IMG/VR virus record: IMGVR_UViG_3300036768_001501
Span: 1-64,000 of that record
Length of the DNA stretch: 64,000 bases
Direction: 5' to 3' (one strand)
From: a virus
Program-made: the position numbers and the translations under genes
Notes under the pieces: generated by a model
Databases searched by the model: none
What the model was told of the DNA's origin: nothing
Seen by the model: the letters and a program-made list of their open reading frames with translations, nothing else
In this document: piece by piece, positions 38,401-46,233 of the stretch
How positions within the stretch are numbered: position 1 is the first letter of the stretch
How the letters are laid out: the number at the start of each line of letters is the position of its first letter

Positions 38401-41140
38401 TAGTCAATATCTGAAGGCGTACGAATTGAAGCAAGATATTGAGGCCAGCAGGGGTAGTGCGTCTCTTGAAGCAGAGAGGGTTATTCTAGAGTCAGATATT
38501 GCAAGAAGGCGCCAGATGCTTGCGTACACTTCTGAGTCTAAAAAGAACCTTGCCCAGCTATCTGGTGACCTGTTGAGCGCAGTGTTGGGCGTGCAGCGCC
38601 CTGGTGATTTGCCTGGTGGGATAAAGAGATTTCGCGAGCTGCTTTTTGGTCTAGCCGGTGAAAGGCTAGAGCATGAAATGGCTTTGATTAGCAGCCAGTA
38701 CGAGAGCCGGCTTATGGAAGCCGAGCTTATGCCTGGGATGGCCGACGCCATTAAGCAATCAGCAGAATCTTTTCTTTTGAGCGCCGAAACGCAGGCTCGT
38801 TTATCGGCAATCGGGACTCTAGGAGGGATTGCTACTAGGCAAGCTGACGAAGCTAGCAGGCGCATTGCTGTTCGTCTTGAAAAATCTCAGTCTGAGGCAC
38901 GTTTGGGCGCAAGCGCTTTGACGCTGGTCAATCCACTTAGCGAGACGACAGATGTAGCGGCTCGTATCTACGGTTCGATGTTGTCGCGTAGTGCCATTCA
39001 GGAGGCCGTTGCGTCTTTGGATCAGCAAATTAGTGAGTATGACGCTACTGCTCAAGAGGTGCGCAAGAGAATTCAAAGCATTGCCAGTACAGATGCAGAG
39101 CGCATTGCTGCACGTGCAGAGTTGCAACGAATTGAAGAAAAGCGCAATGAGCTTGAGCGGCAACGAATTAATTTGCTCGCAGAAGGCAATGAGCGCTTAA
39201 TTGAAGAGATTCAGCTTCGCATGGAGCTGTACCGTCGATCGTTTGCTGGCAGCATATTGTCAGGCCTCATTTCCGGTGGCCCGTTTGGGATGCTTCAGCC
39301 TCTTGCGCAGCGCGGTGAAGAGGCTTTGAATAAAGCCTTTGCTAGGCTTCTTGGTTACATTCCTGGCCCGCGCCGTGGAGTACAAGAACAGCGGGTAGAG
39401 GCCGAAAAGGTGCAGATCAATGTTTCTGGCGGCGATAGAAGGTACTCAATTGGCGGGCAGTTGATGGAAGATTTTAAGAACCTGCTTTCGCAGAATGTTG
39501 AGGAATCGAAAGCCGCTGAGGCAACTGGAAAGCAAGTTACTCAGGATGCCAAATCTCTTGGGAAAATGATCGCTGAAAAGCTTGGCATTTCTGACGCAGT
39601 TACCGCTTCTGTTGGTGCTTCTTATCAGGCATTTCGCATTATATCTGGTACTATTGAGACAGTGGATGAGATTCAAGATCGTATTCGCGCCCTGCGTAAC
39701 CAGGTCGGCTGGACGCTGAACCCAGATAAGTACGCGCAGCGTGCTATGGCCGAAGTGTTGAGGCCGTTTGGGCTGGGTGGTTTTGGCAAGATTATTGGCA
39801 TGAGTAATTTGGGCAAGGGCCTTTCCGCCGCAGGACTAACTGGAGTTGGAGCTGGTGTTGGCTTTTTGGTTGGTGGACCAGTTGGAGCTGCTATCGGGGC
39901 AGGGCTTGGAGCTCTCTTAGGCGCGTTTGGGGCATCTGGGTTTGGCTTGTTTAGGCCGCCAACTCCAGCTTCGCGTTTGCGTCGCGGATTGCAGCGTGTT
40001 TTCGATGAGCTTGGCATTCCGCGTGATGCTCGTGGCGGACGTGGAATTTCGTTTATGCCGACGGAGTACAGCGAGATTACCGGAGAAGTTGGCGCAGCCA
40101 CTGGTTTGTACTTGCGCAAGCGTTATCCTGGGCTTGGCGACTTGGGCCTTTTGCCGATTCGTATGATCTATGCAACCGCACAGGCCGGCAAGGCTCTTGG
40201 GTTGGCGCGTGAAGATACTGAGTACTTGGCCCGCTCTGTATCGAAGAAGCTCGTTCCATCGCTTGAGGCCGCTGCTATGGCGCTCGCTTCTCTCTATCGG
40301 AAGGGCGCTATCGGGCAGAAAGATTTCCTAAATGGCGCTGCTGGTATTGCTAGGATTTTTGGTGAGCTTCCGCCAGCGATTAATGCAGCCGCATTAGCTG
40401 TGAATGCATTTGCCCGCGACGGAAGCATTAGCTTCGAGCGCCTGAAACGTACAATCCAGGATGCGCAACAGGTTGTCTCTCGTGGCATTGCTGACGCCGT
40501 ACGGCTCGGTGTTGAGTCAGGTGGAAGCGTTGCGCTGACTGGGCAGGCGATCGGTGACGCATTTTCTGATGCTTTCTTGCAGCGCGTGACCGAGCGCCTG
40601 ATGCAGCGAAAGGACATTGGTGACGCTTTGACGCGGGCTGTAGCTGAGGCTGAATCTGCTGCCGAGCTGCTTGCCGAGGGGCGTACTCAGGAATACGCAG
40701 TTCAGATTCAGAAAGTTATGTCCTTAATAGCCGAGTCGCAAACAAAAGTGGCTCAGATCATTTCTCCAGTGACGCAAGCACTCTATAGTGTTCGCACGAC
40801 TCTTGGCATCGGTGCTCCAGGCGTTTATGCCCAGATTGGGTTCGGTGCATACAACTCCCAGTATATTGCCAATCAGCCCGCTAGGTACTTGTACAAAGAT
40901 ACTGGAGAAAGCGCTACTGCGTATGCGCCAAGGGCCTTCAGGCATGAAGACATTGAGAAAATGGGCCAGGTGATTGCTGGTGCTGTAGCAACAGCAATTG
41001 AACGTAGCAGTAGCGGCCAAAGGGTTACGATTAATGTCGATGGTGGAGAGTTCGGTACCGCTGTCAGCGGTGTTATGTACAAGCAGTCAAAGACTAGGGG
41101 AATTCAAGTTTCTACACCACAGATGTTTGGGTTGGAGTAA
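29417..41140 (+). CDS. Giant tape measure protein (3907 aa)
   Basis: Directly after the G/GT chaperones. Ala/Ser-rich helical N-terminus, coiled coils, hydrophobic Gly/Ala segments (GAAIGAGLGALLG), C-terminal VTINVDG. Confidence 0.88.
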   Translation: MAKREDISVELDVSVTEELNKQATSVTKISSAISSIKSGAQEAAGPIKQIATDMKSIATSSSDFVKSFGDLRKAFDELKKLNVSAATEKLKKGQEKIEEFTSKVRGAASELADLTNKISSATSGIVSASEGIKSVSTAVSSLSTSIERANAVIDAFASRARQLSEAVQSVANSVARISELEAKTQSAETRAKTETAKRRAARRRQPEPEPEPTPEPSRGGRRIVSRISAVGQYVRTEPEPPPRPRRGGARASAVQQYWHTAPMVTNVLPSDGNEKPEPPPRSRRGGSHAHTYVVRQYGYTAPMATNVAPSYKRTKQHGAHESTIGPGHYVHVPAVIYPSEKEPPRGYRYGFGFGEDPTKLYPIMSEYATEIMSHGLRRRIGFQPGGSEFVVREDAPLQMKQRLASPKYRAQLAQFLSRLESGRAPSAASGTRLYPTASASLSTPISMQAASLSTPISMQAGGVYAGPSDSGSGGGTIMGHASVITTETPRRRRGGRRPSLYRWMDVREAKRRFADLSDRPLDEILDLLKTKEEREALKKKTQAVQTGQFRILDLTNEVEDFFRAKREEELKKLPKKEREFRSPFYIPEEIDITEDPVMHAMLKVYKDLKKVPEAMHFVATRAREKLSGERVRQFREVLSQAGFSEEDIEKGRFHVPFVPLSLAADMSDRAALANIMLGGGGRKQAVISYALKHAPHALTPAGSAFTTAIFERGLGSELFSEAYLQAFAQARPETQTYIMKRLSSLPRSKEYQYAQRMRLFFADLYKRSPEPAVKLMRELGPAVESLSFSPQDIVSLWRGIRSAVPGGLEKVRTFTDFLKFVAPAQQKVWSGTFVGRTLVLSSAIRDLKEQYEKGELSKGNIEDLKSLAASVRLLSRSFRTPKERQLSQLEVGKRINDLIGKITGSKFYKVLPANVQRDIDHLISNTVAPMLGEPEHADIQQLFDVASDIRIKLFGRQAETVGQMLRRLSDHARKVLPKGEFRAFEKTLEEYRPAKGQKVSSDVVFKKIYQDVMYGRFGSEELSQKVRGVMSSEWHRVRTAHDPFEHARKHTGADIVGDELKDAYIKQRSLHAMTQDIFDILPGPSPYKYYGVRAPLFVSAEPYEEQAKIALVTRAKMKYLPAFKDKNFISGIARLYEIFGGVNPAKLIEKAESGNAIAALEAKMLLPKKGEDWLQHLGKLILSHRVGTSLDIFGRNINEAIRRQREEARAMRRRMRMMKKIEQEARRNDPFADKKLEAALEAEEPLKRVFSTMYGRAGVKLQEKQLERLVDLTLGSDFWAALRYQDALEVQKKPERFVMTMMELLGFPSASVVGMGKLPSYEQLVESLAKHGDAFVSNAIGISRDVERELQMLGLGNIIANEVSKASGTEEAAKKDRSRKKEVGAAELTPSESDASKIKRALRNKGTKLSKKTANIPLTAQELIEMAANLGKGRRSIPEGVDIESAFEQRKKNIAEFASLLGIDPKSQAGQKRLKGWEEYLEKLKESGNISQLVFPNVAEWLLASGVRGRPTPEVEEMNLRIASWLHEHGLLAGTSNTILRWRKFFEEQGGQVTNAIASQMIKPSKPSGPQASAVFTPMMAGGMYSGMPSGGMSMVGEGTYSTGPTMQFGQYSFTPYAESGSPRAMAAGGGGGKGGGGKGGGKKGGGFFGFFGGGGGDDDGGDDEEEKEPPKKQKRGRKKKSSEEEIDWTAPRSATGDKTIDFIVDRVTKMVSAIRKPELTMPGSQESFFREIVMPAIEVLNALGVSGKPVSGPLKGRAGKKLKNQLKQMGIDVEKMSDIDLGIIAGMPKDLFDYLKYLFKTTPATPRQRSRASESLEHITETAILQGKVAGGEVDLYPWQMQTIKRLASLLGPEVGQFAYGLFQMGNMFKTLTQASQLAASSPSPYLYEKRVTTGPAKQTYIKARRGKAMASAADLIAKAESQAEAFRMISEGASLLPPKDLAKAIETYMKTGDEEVFKQTVDSMLRRESAKTQYEQKILQKRNVVDELKRIELTKKAVEMIRSGKTKLRDVDDVVKYLEIKEEYGKEVGKQFYDELVKQQEALDALTKERKQRLEAQKKVDEQKRKTKEAIEKAKRAREEEILPSEAARQWQELAQFGKPLYFGRRRFTRQYFEREFGVDFARFIPTEEHIDALVRLRKLQAEAGSVAAAREAEKTFSALFATQRQREMMVDWKRRRREIEREQLEADRLQREMEINRQAMENIRLRKTPLKDLRLETQAVRIEMAARRAGYSEEEVRQRGASFRQTAIQYEREQTHFRRLKISWEELLRYMGRVFIGLQAFDMLRRAIDVATNVTFGFARQMQDLRIGVVSSVTALNRFTVGGRGAEFGMREQVQLAASETQGTIMLMKQYALKFGVPLDQLLEGYQTAAGVARQAGFTGPNVVKAISSLVAFSQAMNISMSTLARTIDNVFTGQRVAQVTLGRMLGLSERKVRELVAKGTFREELMRRLEPVAEAVQQMGDTSIRVQSARTLSAMMIYFNQFTQPVMDVVARGIGIAGAPFKSLANEMILKEALYPDRSFLSKSFDYGRDFMLPMGATIGSIVISRVITHAMRNAAMEAAKQVGGAATGGLMSRLIAYVLGAGAGAAGGGILRSAMARIAGFSLTRFIASRPLLALLSGALTSGGVLMPQILLTMLLTGGTLGLTYLLSRSRSQKLSGENLAEAVSIALNEEARKAVLENRGMDVVRSKMGIYGPTQGAPEARPSSSALYGLLPLPGPGYLHPSPTPTPTPAITATSTPTVTPTATPTVTPTSPPGGTAVDLSAEGGEPSKEVKSVSQLLDSAGKIKEKLEGDREQYEQSVLRGLAIPVEVMKVTQQHIQEGQNKLAALNALLERLRESSDANAQATANKLEGIVGSLSTALSQFSDTIYDAEELVKLETEALRSRAAAAKARGQLAIARAQYKAQRGFAVSPEEWRQAIETGRLAEIPLVEEELRRTLEALPDEFKSLSAPPSMEQMRDYIQRREEAKKAAQAGGNLSREYIDREARRLYSQYLKAYELKQDIEASRGSASLEAERVILESDIARRRQMLAYTSESKKNLAQLSGDLLSAVLGVQRPGDLPGGIKRFRELLFGLAGERLEHEMALISSQYESRLMEAELMPGMADAIKQSAESFLLSAETQARLSAIGTLGGIATRQADEASRRIAVRLEKSQSEARLGASALTLVNPLSETTDVAARIYGSMLSRSAIQEAVASLDQQISEYDATAQEVRKRIQSIASTDAERIAARAELQRIEEKRNELERQRINLLAEGNERLIEEIQLRMELYRRSFAGSILSGLISGGPFGMLQPLAQRGEEALNKAFARLLGYIPGPRRGVQEQRVEAEKVQINVSGGDRRYSIGGQLMEDFKNLLSQNVEESKAAEATGKQVTQDAKSLGKMIAEKLGISDAVTASVGASYQAFRIISGTIETVDEIQDRIRALRNQVGWTLNPDKYAQRAMAEVLRPFGLGGFGKIIGMSNLGKGLSAAGLTGVGAGVGFLVGGPVGAAIGAGLGALLGAFGASGFGLFRPPTPASRLRRGLQRVFDELGIPRDARGGRGISFMPTEYSEITGEVGAATGLYLRKRYPGLGDLGLLPIRMIYATAQAGKALGLAREDTEYLARSVSKKLVPSLEAAAMALASLYRKGAIGQKDFLNGAAGIARIFGELPPAINAAALAVNAFARDGSISFERLKRTIQDAQQVVSRGIADAVRLGVESGGSVALTGQAIGDAFSDAFLQRVTERLMQRKDIGDALTRAVAEAESAAELLAEGRTQEYAVQIQKVMSLIAESQTKVAQIISPVTQALYSVRTTLGIGAPGVYAQIGFGAYNSQYIANQPARYLYKDTGESATAYAPRAFRHEDIEKMGQVIAGAVATAIERSSSGQRVTINVDGGEFGTAVSGVMYKQSKTRGIQVSTPQMFGLE
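30731..30796 (+). repeat. Perfect 33-bp tandem duplication in the tape measure gene
   Basis: gctagcttatcaacccctatcagcatgcaagct occurs twice (ASLSTPISMQA x2). Confidence 0.95.
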
Positions 41141-41143
41141 GGA

Positions 41144-44100
41144 ATGAAAACGATTCGTGCAGGCAGTGCTGGGTCAACAGAGATTATTGTTGTAACGAAC
41201 GAGCTTGAGCCGTCGTCTATTTCTTTCGGCTCAAACCAGTCCGGCGACGGACTGCGCGTGATGCGCGTTCGTGGATCAAGCACGAATCTCGGGCGGTCGT
41301 GGCTAAGGGCGTACGGCAAGTTGTCCGGCATGAACATTACGCCGCAGTCGGTCACCATCGATGTTTCTGGTAGCTCATCTGTTGTTCAATCAGGAAAGAT
41401 TCCGACAATCGATACTATTATCAAAATGGTTAACCTTATCATGCAGGGCGATGATACATTTACAATTTCAGATGTTATAAAGCTGGTTAATGCCGCCCTA
41501 ACTGATACGCCAATGGATATGATGCACGGCGATACTGACAATATGCAGTCCCAGTTGGCATATCCTGTCTGGTACGCTGTGCGCGGCGGTACGCGCTATG
41601 GTGTTAGCCGTAGCTTTGCTGATCCATCTTTTGTTGGTCTGAATGACTTTTTCCCCAGCTCGGTGACGGCCCGCCAGCCTGGGTGCATTAATGATGTAAA
41701 CGGCGGAAACAAATGGACTATTAAATGCTTGGATATGATTCGCTGGAACGATCATATTTTCGTTGCTGTTGGGGCGGTGTACGGGCCATCGTCTGGCGGC
41801 AATAGCAACGATACATGCGCCGTGATGGTTTATGATGTTGACATTAAGCGTGGTTCACCTATGGCATTGATTGGTGGTGTGTATGATGTATATCGGTACT
41901 TGTTCCCATCAAATTATTCCCGCTCTGGGACAAGGACAGCATCTCTGATTGATGTTTCATTGGCTGTAGTTGATGGCGTCATCTATGTTGGTGTGCTTGG
42001 TCAGCTACAGCAGGGTACAAATGATGAGAGATTTGCAAATATCTTTTCATTGCCAGTCGCTCTGTATCCTGTGCTGTGTAAGTCCAGCCAATTTCAGGTT
42101 GGGTCTGATGGTGTTATTACATTTACGGTTGATGTTCCGATTTTCAAGAATGTAATTAGTGGAGACGAGGTATGTATTACTCGCGGTGCTTTGTCATCTT
42201 ACCAGAGCGCAACTGGTGTGTTTGTTGTCCAGAGTCGTCTTTCTGATTATAGTGTTACGCTTGTAGCAAAGGATAAGAGCGGCACATTTTTTGGCGGTAG
42301 TAGCGCTACGCCAAGGGAGACACTTACCAGCGCAAATAGCTCTAGTTTTTCATGTTATGTTGCAATTTCTAAGATGTTGAATCCGTCCAGGCCGCGTGGC
42401 CATGCTAGGCGGTCCGAGCTCTTCGCCGGCTGCCCGAATGTTATTGATATTGCTGACAACCAGTCTGGCGGTTTGATTATAGCTCATGATTCAAGAGAGA
42501 CGTTTAATATTTTTGGATACTCTAATACGCGCACTTACACTTATGTCTTGCAGGCCAATGATCATGACAGCATTGGCAGAAAGATTCGCTTTGTATTGCC
42601 GCCGACGTATTCTGGCGTTGAGGATATAAGTGGACTTGGGAAAGCCATTTACCTCAAGAAGATTTCCGGTCTTTCGCTTCCTGGAGTACTGCCAGGGTCG
42701 TCCATTCGTATCTTGAGCGGTATTAGCAATGCCCCAAAGACATTTATGATTCAATCGCGCTATCAGTACGGGGATAGTGCGAATGAGAACAAGAGCTATT
42801 ATGTCATCGGAAATACTAGCGACTTGGACGCAACGTCAAACGCAGTCTTTAGCCAATATGTCGAAGTTGAGGTTGAGGTTCCGGTAGCTAATGCTCTATC
42901 TGGACATGTTGCGGCAAACATTGATTTGAAAAACGGCGAAACAATTACAGCTATGCATGTTCCGTTTACGTGGAGTGCATATCCGATCAAGTCTGAGAAA
43001 GTAATTTATGTTGGTACAAATATGGGTCGTATTTTCCGTACGATTGATGGCGGGGCGTCGTGGGATGAAATATATTCACCGCTTTATGGGCAGAATAACC
43101 GCGCGGGGAAGAATTTCCCTGTTTTGTCAATCTTTTGTTTTCATATGGATGATCCGCGCGATATTACATTTTCGTCTATTCAGCGTGTTGGTGCTGCCGG
43201 ATCAAGGCAGTATAAACTTAGCGTGTCTGGCACAGGGAAAATATATTGGTGGCCGTACCAAGCGTTTGAGCTGCGGATTGGGTCTGCTCGGTTAGTTTGT
43301 GTGCGCTCCGAGCTGATAAAGGGGAAGAGCGGAACATTTCAAATTTCTAATGGTTCGCAGGAATTTGATTTTATTGTTAGCAATGAGTCGGATACTACTG
43401 TTCTTGATGGTTACGTTGGTCAGACAAATAAAACATTTACATTTGTTCCTTTGCCAGATGTAATTGCTACCAGCAGAAACGGCATTGTTGTGCGGGCGCA
43501 TCACTATGACCTGAAGAATGGTTTTATGGTTCTTTCTGCGCCTGCGCAAAGCGGCAGTAATCCTGCCGTTCCGGCTGATTTTAATGTTGAAGATAAGGAC
43601 CCTGATTATGGCCAAAAAGTAATGCTTGATACATCAGTTGATTTGATTGATCAGTCTTGGGACGTTCTCGGGCCGATTGGTAGCGGGAATGCCCCGATGA
43701 CCAACAATGGCGGTGTTTACAATTCAACGCAAATTGCCGGCTGTATCGTCGAGTCCGGTGGAACAGTCCGTTATGTTACCGGTGGATCAACTCATGTTAG
43801 TTGGCCTAGGTTGAATTTTACGAATAGCAACAATGAGCCTATTTCTAGCGTTTCTGTTTGCCGTGCAGTGTATGGTAGTTCTGACTCTAGCAATAAAGTT
43901 ATGATAATATTTGGTGGCGGTGGAAAGTTTTCTGGCTATGTCGGGACCAATCAAACTACAATCAATGTTTCATGGAATTATGTCGGAATTGGTGCCATTG
44001 GCAGCACGGTGTCAGTTAAAGATACAGTTGCGACAAACAATGTGAATCTCTCATCGGCTGTATCTGAGACTGTTCCTGGATTGAATGCTGGCTCTACCAT

Positions 44101-46231
44101 TACTGCCACAGGCGGACTTTATATTGCTGAAGTGAATGAGAATTCAACGAATGTTCAGTACGGTATGGCGTTCTTTATGGCCGACTCACAAGGCAATGTT
44201 TATGCCTGCTCCCCTATGGTTAGCAACTTTGAGGCGCAGGCCCTGAAGTTCAATTACGTGACCAGTGTGCCCGGATCAATCAATGCAATTGATGTCTCTT
44301 TTGATGATGCGAACGGTACGTTAAAGACGAATCTGTTTCTCGCCGGAGTTGCGCGCGACGGTACGCCTACAGTATGGTTGCTGACCTGGACCGGAAATGA
44401 CCCAATAAATGCTTGGCCTTATGCAGTAAGACAGATTGATAATAATAACATAAAGGAGGCCGCTCGTTCTCCAAAAGATGTGATCCAGGCAGCATTGCCG
44501 GATGTACCAAAGGAGATCGTTGCGTCACCTCGTATATTAGTTGCAGGCCAGAATCATCTTATGATTGCGCGGCAGGGGATTTTTTCTGGAGTTCAACTAT
44601 CAAAGCCATGCCTACTGAGCTTGTCTGGTGGCTCTCTTTTGTTGGCCGTTGTGAATGAAACAGGCAGGGCAATTGATATTTACTCCGCGAGTGCTCCTGG
44701 GCTTGTATTTTCATTGATCAGTTCATATAAGCCGTCAAAGACTTCATTCGCATCTTGGGCTGATGCGCCAAGGCCGCGCTTAATGGAGACTGAGTTTGGC
44801 GAGATTATCTTGTTCTTTGATAATGATATTCGCGTCAGCGTTGACGGCGGGCGGAGCTGGCATACTGGTTTGTCGGACAAGATTCCGCTGCCTGTCAGCT
44901 TTAGTAAACCGAGCGATCAGCACGCAACTGATCCTGCAGCAGTGCTTGCGCCGGTCTTTGGTACCGTTGGATATTTATACAAGAAGAATACAAGTACCGA
45001 TGCTGCTTTTAGGTTTGCCAGATCAATGACCGACAGTGCTGCAGATGCGGTTGGTTGTCCGGCTATTCCGAACAAGGAGCTGCTGGTCGGGCTTAAAAAT
45101 CTAGTGATCAGTTTCTCCGGTGAGCCACAGGGAGGCGATAGGTTCTCCATTGACCTGGACTATGCAAATGGCGCAAGCCTTCTCGGTGCCAAGTCTCCGT
45201 CTGTGGCATTGGAGGTTGATATTTCTAGTTCCGATGCGGAGCTCGTATGGGACAGAATGTCTCAAAAGTATGATAGCAACAGAAAAATATGGAATGTTGA
45301 TGCCATTGGTCTGTTTGGGATTAACTTTTCAAAGGCGGAGATTAAATTAAGCAAAGCAAGTGACTTGGGCAGTAACCCGACTTTTTATTCTGCTACACTG
45401 CACTCGTTTGTTATGCCGGACGGGTCTTTCGCCGATGGATATTCAGATGGCTACTCAATTAGTGGATGTAAGGCTTTTGCGGACATGATCTATGTGCCTA
45501 GCGCTACGCTTAATCATGGCGTATTTCGGCCTGGGAGAAGGCAATACTATGTGGTTGTAATTACCAGCGGACCTAATTCTCAAACTTATGTAGCAAAGAT
45601 TCTAGATAACACAAAGAATACCCTTGTTGTTGAGTACGGCAGTAATCCTAATTTTAGTAGCGCTACTAATGTTCAGATCAAGATTTTTTCTGACAGGATG
45701 TTTTCTGTTCTGAAAAATGTCGAAGGTCATGATTACACGAAGGATGTTGATGGAGATTATCCTTATCGGTACTGCCGGTTTGTGAGGGTTAGGGTTCCCA
45801 GCGTCGCAACATCTGGCCAATATGTTTATGGCTCAAAAGCGCGCATTGGTGTCGTTGCCCACGGTGTTGCAACGCCGTACGGCAATCTAACGTACCGAGG
45901 TGAATCTAAACATAAATTCTCGCGTGGCTTCAGTTACCGCGAGCGCCACTTCCGCACTGTCCGTGAAACGGAGACAGGGCAGGTGAGTGTTGTTGAGCTC
46001 AGCTCCAAGCCGCGCCTTGAGCTGACGCTGGAGTATGACGACGCGCTCTGGGAAGACCGTGATATGACAATGGCCTCCATGCTGCCTGCGCTTAAGAAGC
46101 CCGTGATCCTTGTGCTGGACTCCAATGATCCGCAATCAGCCGAGTGGATGGAGCTCGCAGAAGAGCCGGTTGTTAAAAATACATTTGCCGACCGGTACAC
46201 ATGGGAAGTCACTTGGCGTGAGGTCGTATAG
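41144..46231 (+). CDS. Large tail-tip protein with Asp-box repeats and a distal-tail-like C-terminus
   Basis: Follows the tape measure gene. Beta-rich, with RTIDGGASW and VSVDGGRSW Asp-boxes. C-terminal RETETGQ..LTLEYD..EVTWREV resembles distal tail proteins. Confidence 0.7.
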   Translation: MKTIRAGSAGSTEIIVVTNELEPSSISFGSNQSGDGLRVMRVRGSSTNLGRSWLRAYGKLSGMNITPQSVTIDVSGSSSVVQSGKIPTIDTIIKMVNLIMQGDDTFTISDVIKLVNAALTDTPMDMMHGDTDNMQSQLAYPVWYAVRGGTRYGVSRSFADPSFVGLNDFFPSSVTARQPGCINDVNGGNKWTIKCLDMIRWNDHIFVAVGAVYGPSSGGNSNDTCAVMVYDVDIKRGSPMALIGGVYDVYRYLFPSNYSRSGTRTASLIDVSLAVVDGVIYVGVLGQLQQGTNDERFANIFSLPVALYPVLCKSSQFQVGSDGVITFTVDVPIFKNVISGDEVCITRGALSSYQSATGVFVVQSRLSDYSVTLVAKDKSGTFFGGSSATPRETLTSANSSSFSCYVAISKMLNPSRPRGHARRSELFAGCPNVIDIADNQSGGLIIAHDSRETFNIFGYSNTRTYTYVLQANDHDSIGRKIRFVLPPTYSGVEDISGLGKAIYLKKISGLSLPGVLPGSSIRILSGISNAPKTFMIQSRYQYGDSANENKSYYVIGNTSDLDATSNAVFSQYVEVEVEVPVANALSGHVAANIDLKNGETITAMHVPFTWSAYPIKSEKVIYVGTNMGRIFRTIDGGASWDEIYSPLYGQNNRAGKNFPVLSIFCFHMDDPRDITFSSIQRVGAAGSRQYKLSVSGTGKIYWWPYQAFELRIGSARLVCVRSELIKGKSGTFQISNGSQEFDFIVSNESDTTVLDGYVGQTNKTFTFVPLPDVIATSRNGIVVRAHHYDLKNGFMVLSAPAQSGSNPAVPADFNVEDKDPDYGQKVMLDTSVDLIDQSWDVLGPIGSGNAPMTNNGGVYNSTQIAGCIVESGGTVRYVTGGSTHVSWPRLNFTNSNNEPISSVSVCRAVYGSSDSSNKVMIIFGGGGKFSGYVGTNQTTINVSWNYVGIGAIGSTVSVKDTVATNNVNLSSAVSETVPGLNAGSTITATGGLYIAEVNENSTNVQYGMAFFMADSQGNVYACSPMVSNFEAQALKFNYVTSVPGSINAIDVSFDDANGTLKTNLFLAGVARDGTPTVWLLTWTGNDPINAWPYAVRQIDNNNIKEAARSPKDVIQAALPDVPKEIVASPRILVAGQNHLMIARQGIFSGVQLSKPCLLSLSGGSLLLAVVNETGRAIDIYSASAPGLVFSLISSYKPSKTSFASWADAPRPRLMETEFGEIILFFDNDIRVSVDGGRSWHTGLSDKIPLPVSFSKPSDQHATDPAAVLAPVFGTVGYLYKKNTSTDAAFRFARSMTDSAADAVGCPAIPNKELLVGLKNLVISFSGEPQGGDRFSIDLDYANGASLLGAKSPSVALEVDISSSDAELVWDRMSQKYDSNRKIWNVDAIGLFGINFSKAEIKLSKASDLGSNPTFYSATLHSFVMPDGSFADGYSDGYSISGCKAFADMIYVPSATLNHGVFRPGRRQYYVVVITSGPNSQTYVAKILDNTKNTLVVEYGSNPNFSSATNVQIKIFSDRMFSVLKNVEGHDYTKDVDGDYPYRYCRFVRVRVPSVATSGQYVYGSKARIGVVAHGVATPYGNLTYRGESKHKFSRGFSYRERHFRTVRETETGQVSVVELSSKPRLELTLEYDDALWEDRDMTMASMLPALKKPVILVLDSNDPQSAEWMELAEEPVVKNTFADRYTWEVTWREVV

Positions 46232-46233
46232 TT

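Noticed and set aside
29536-41082. Numerous antisense and alternate-frame ORFs within the tape measure and other long genes
   Set aside because: They are shadow ORFs of strongly supported genes, with no independent motifs or translation signals.
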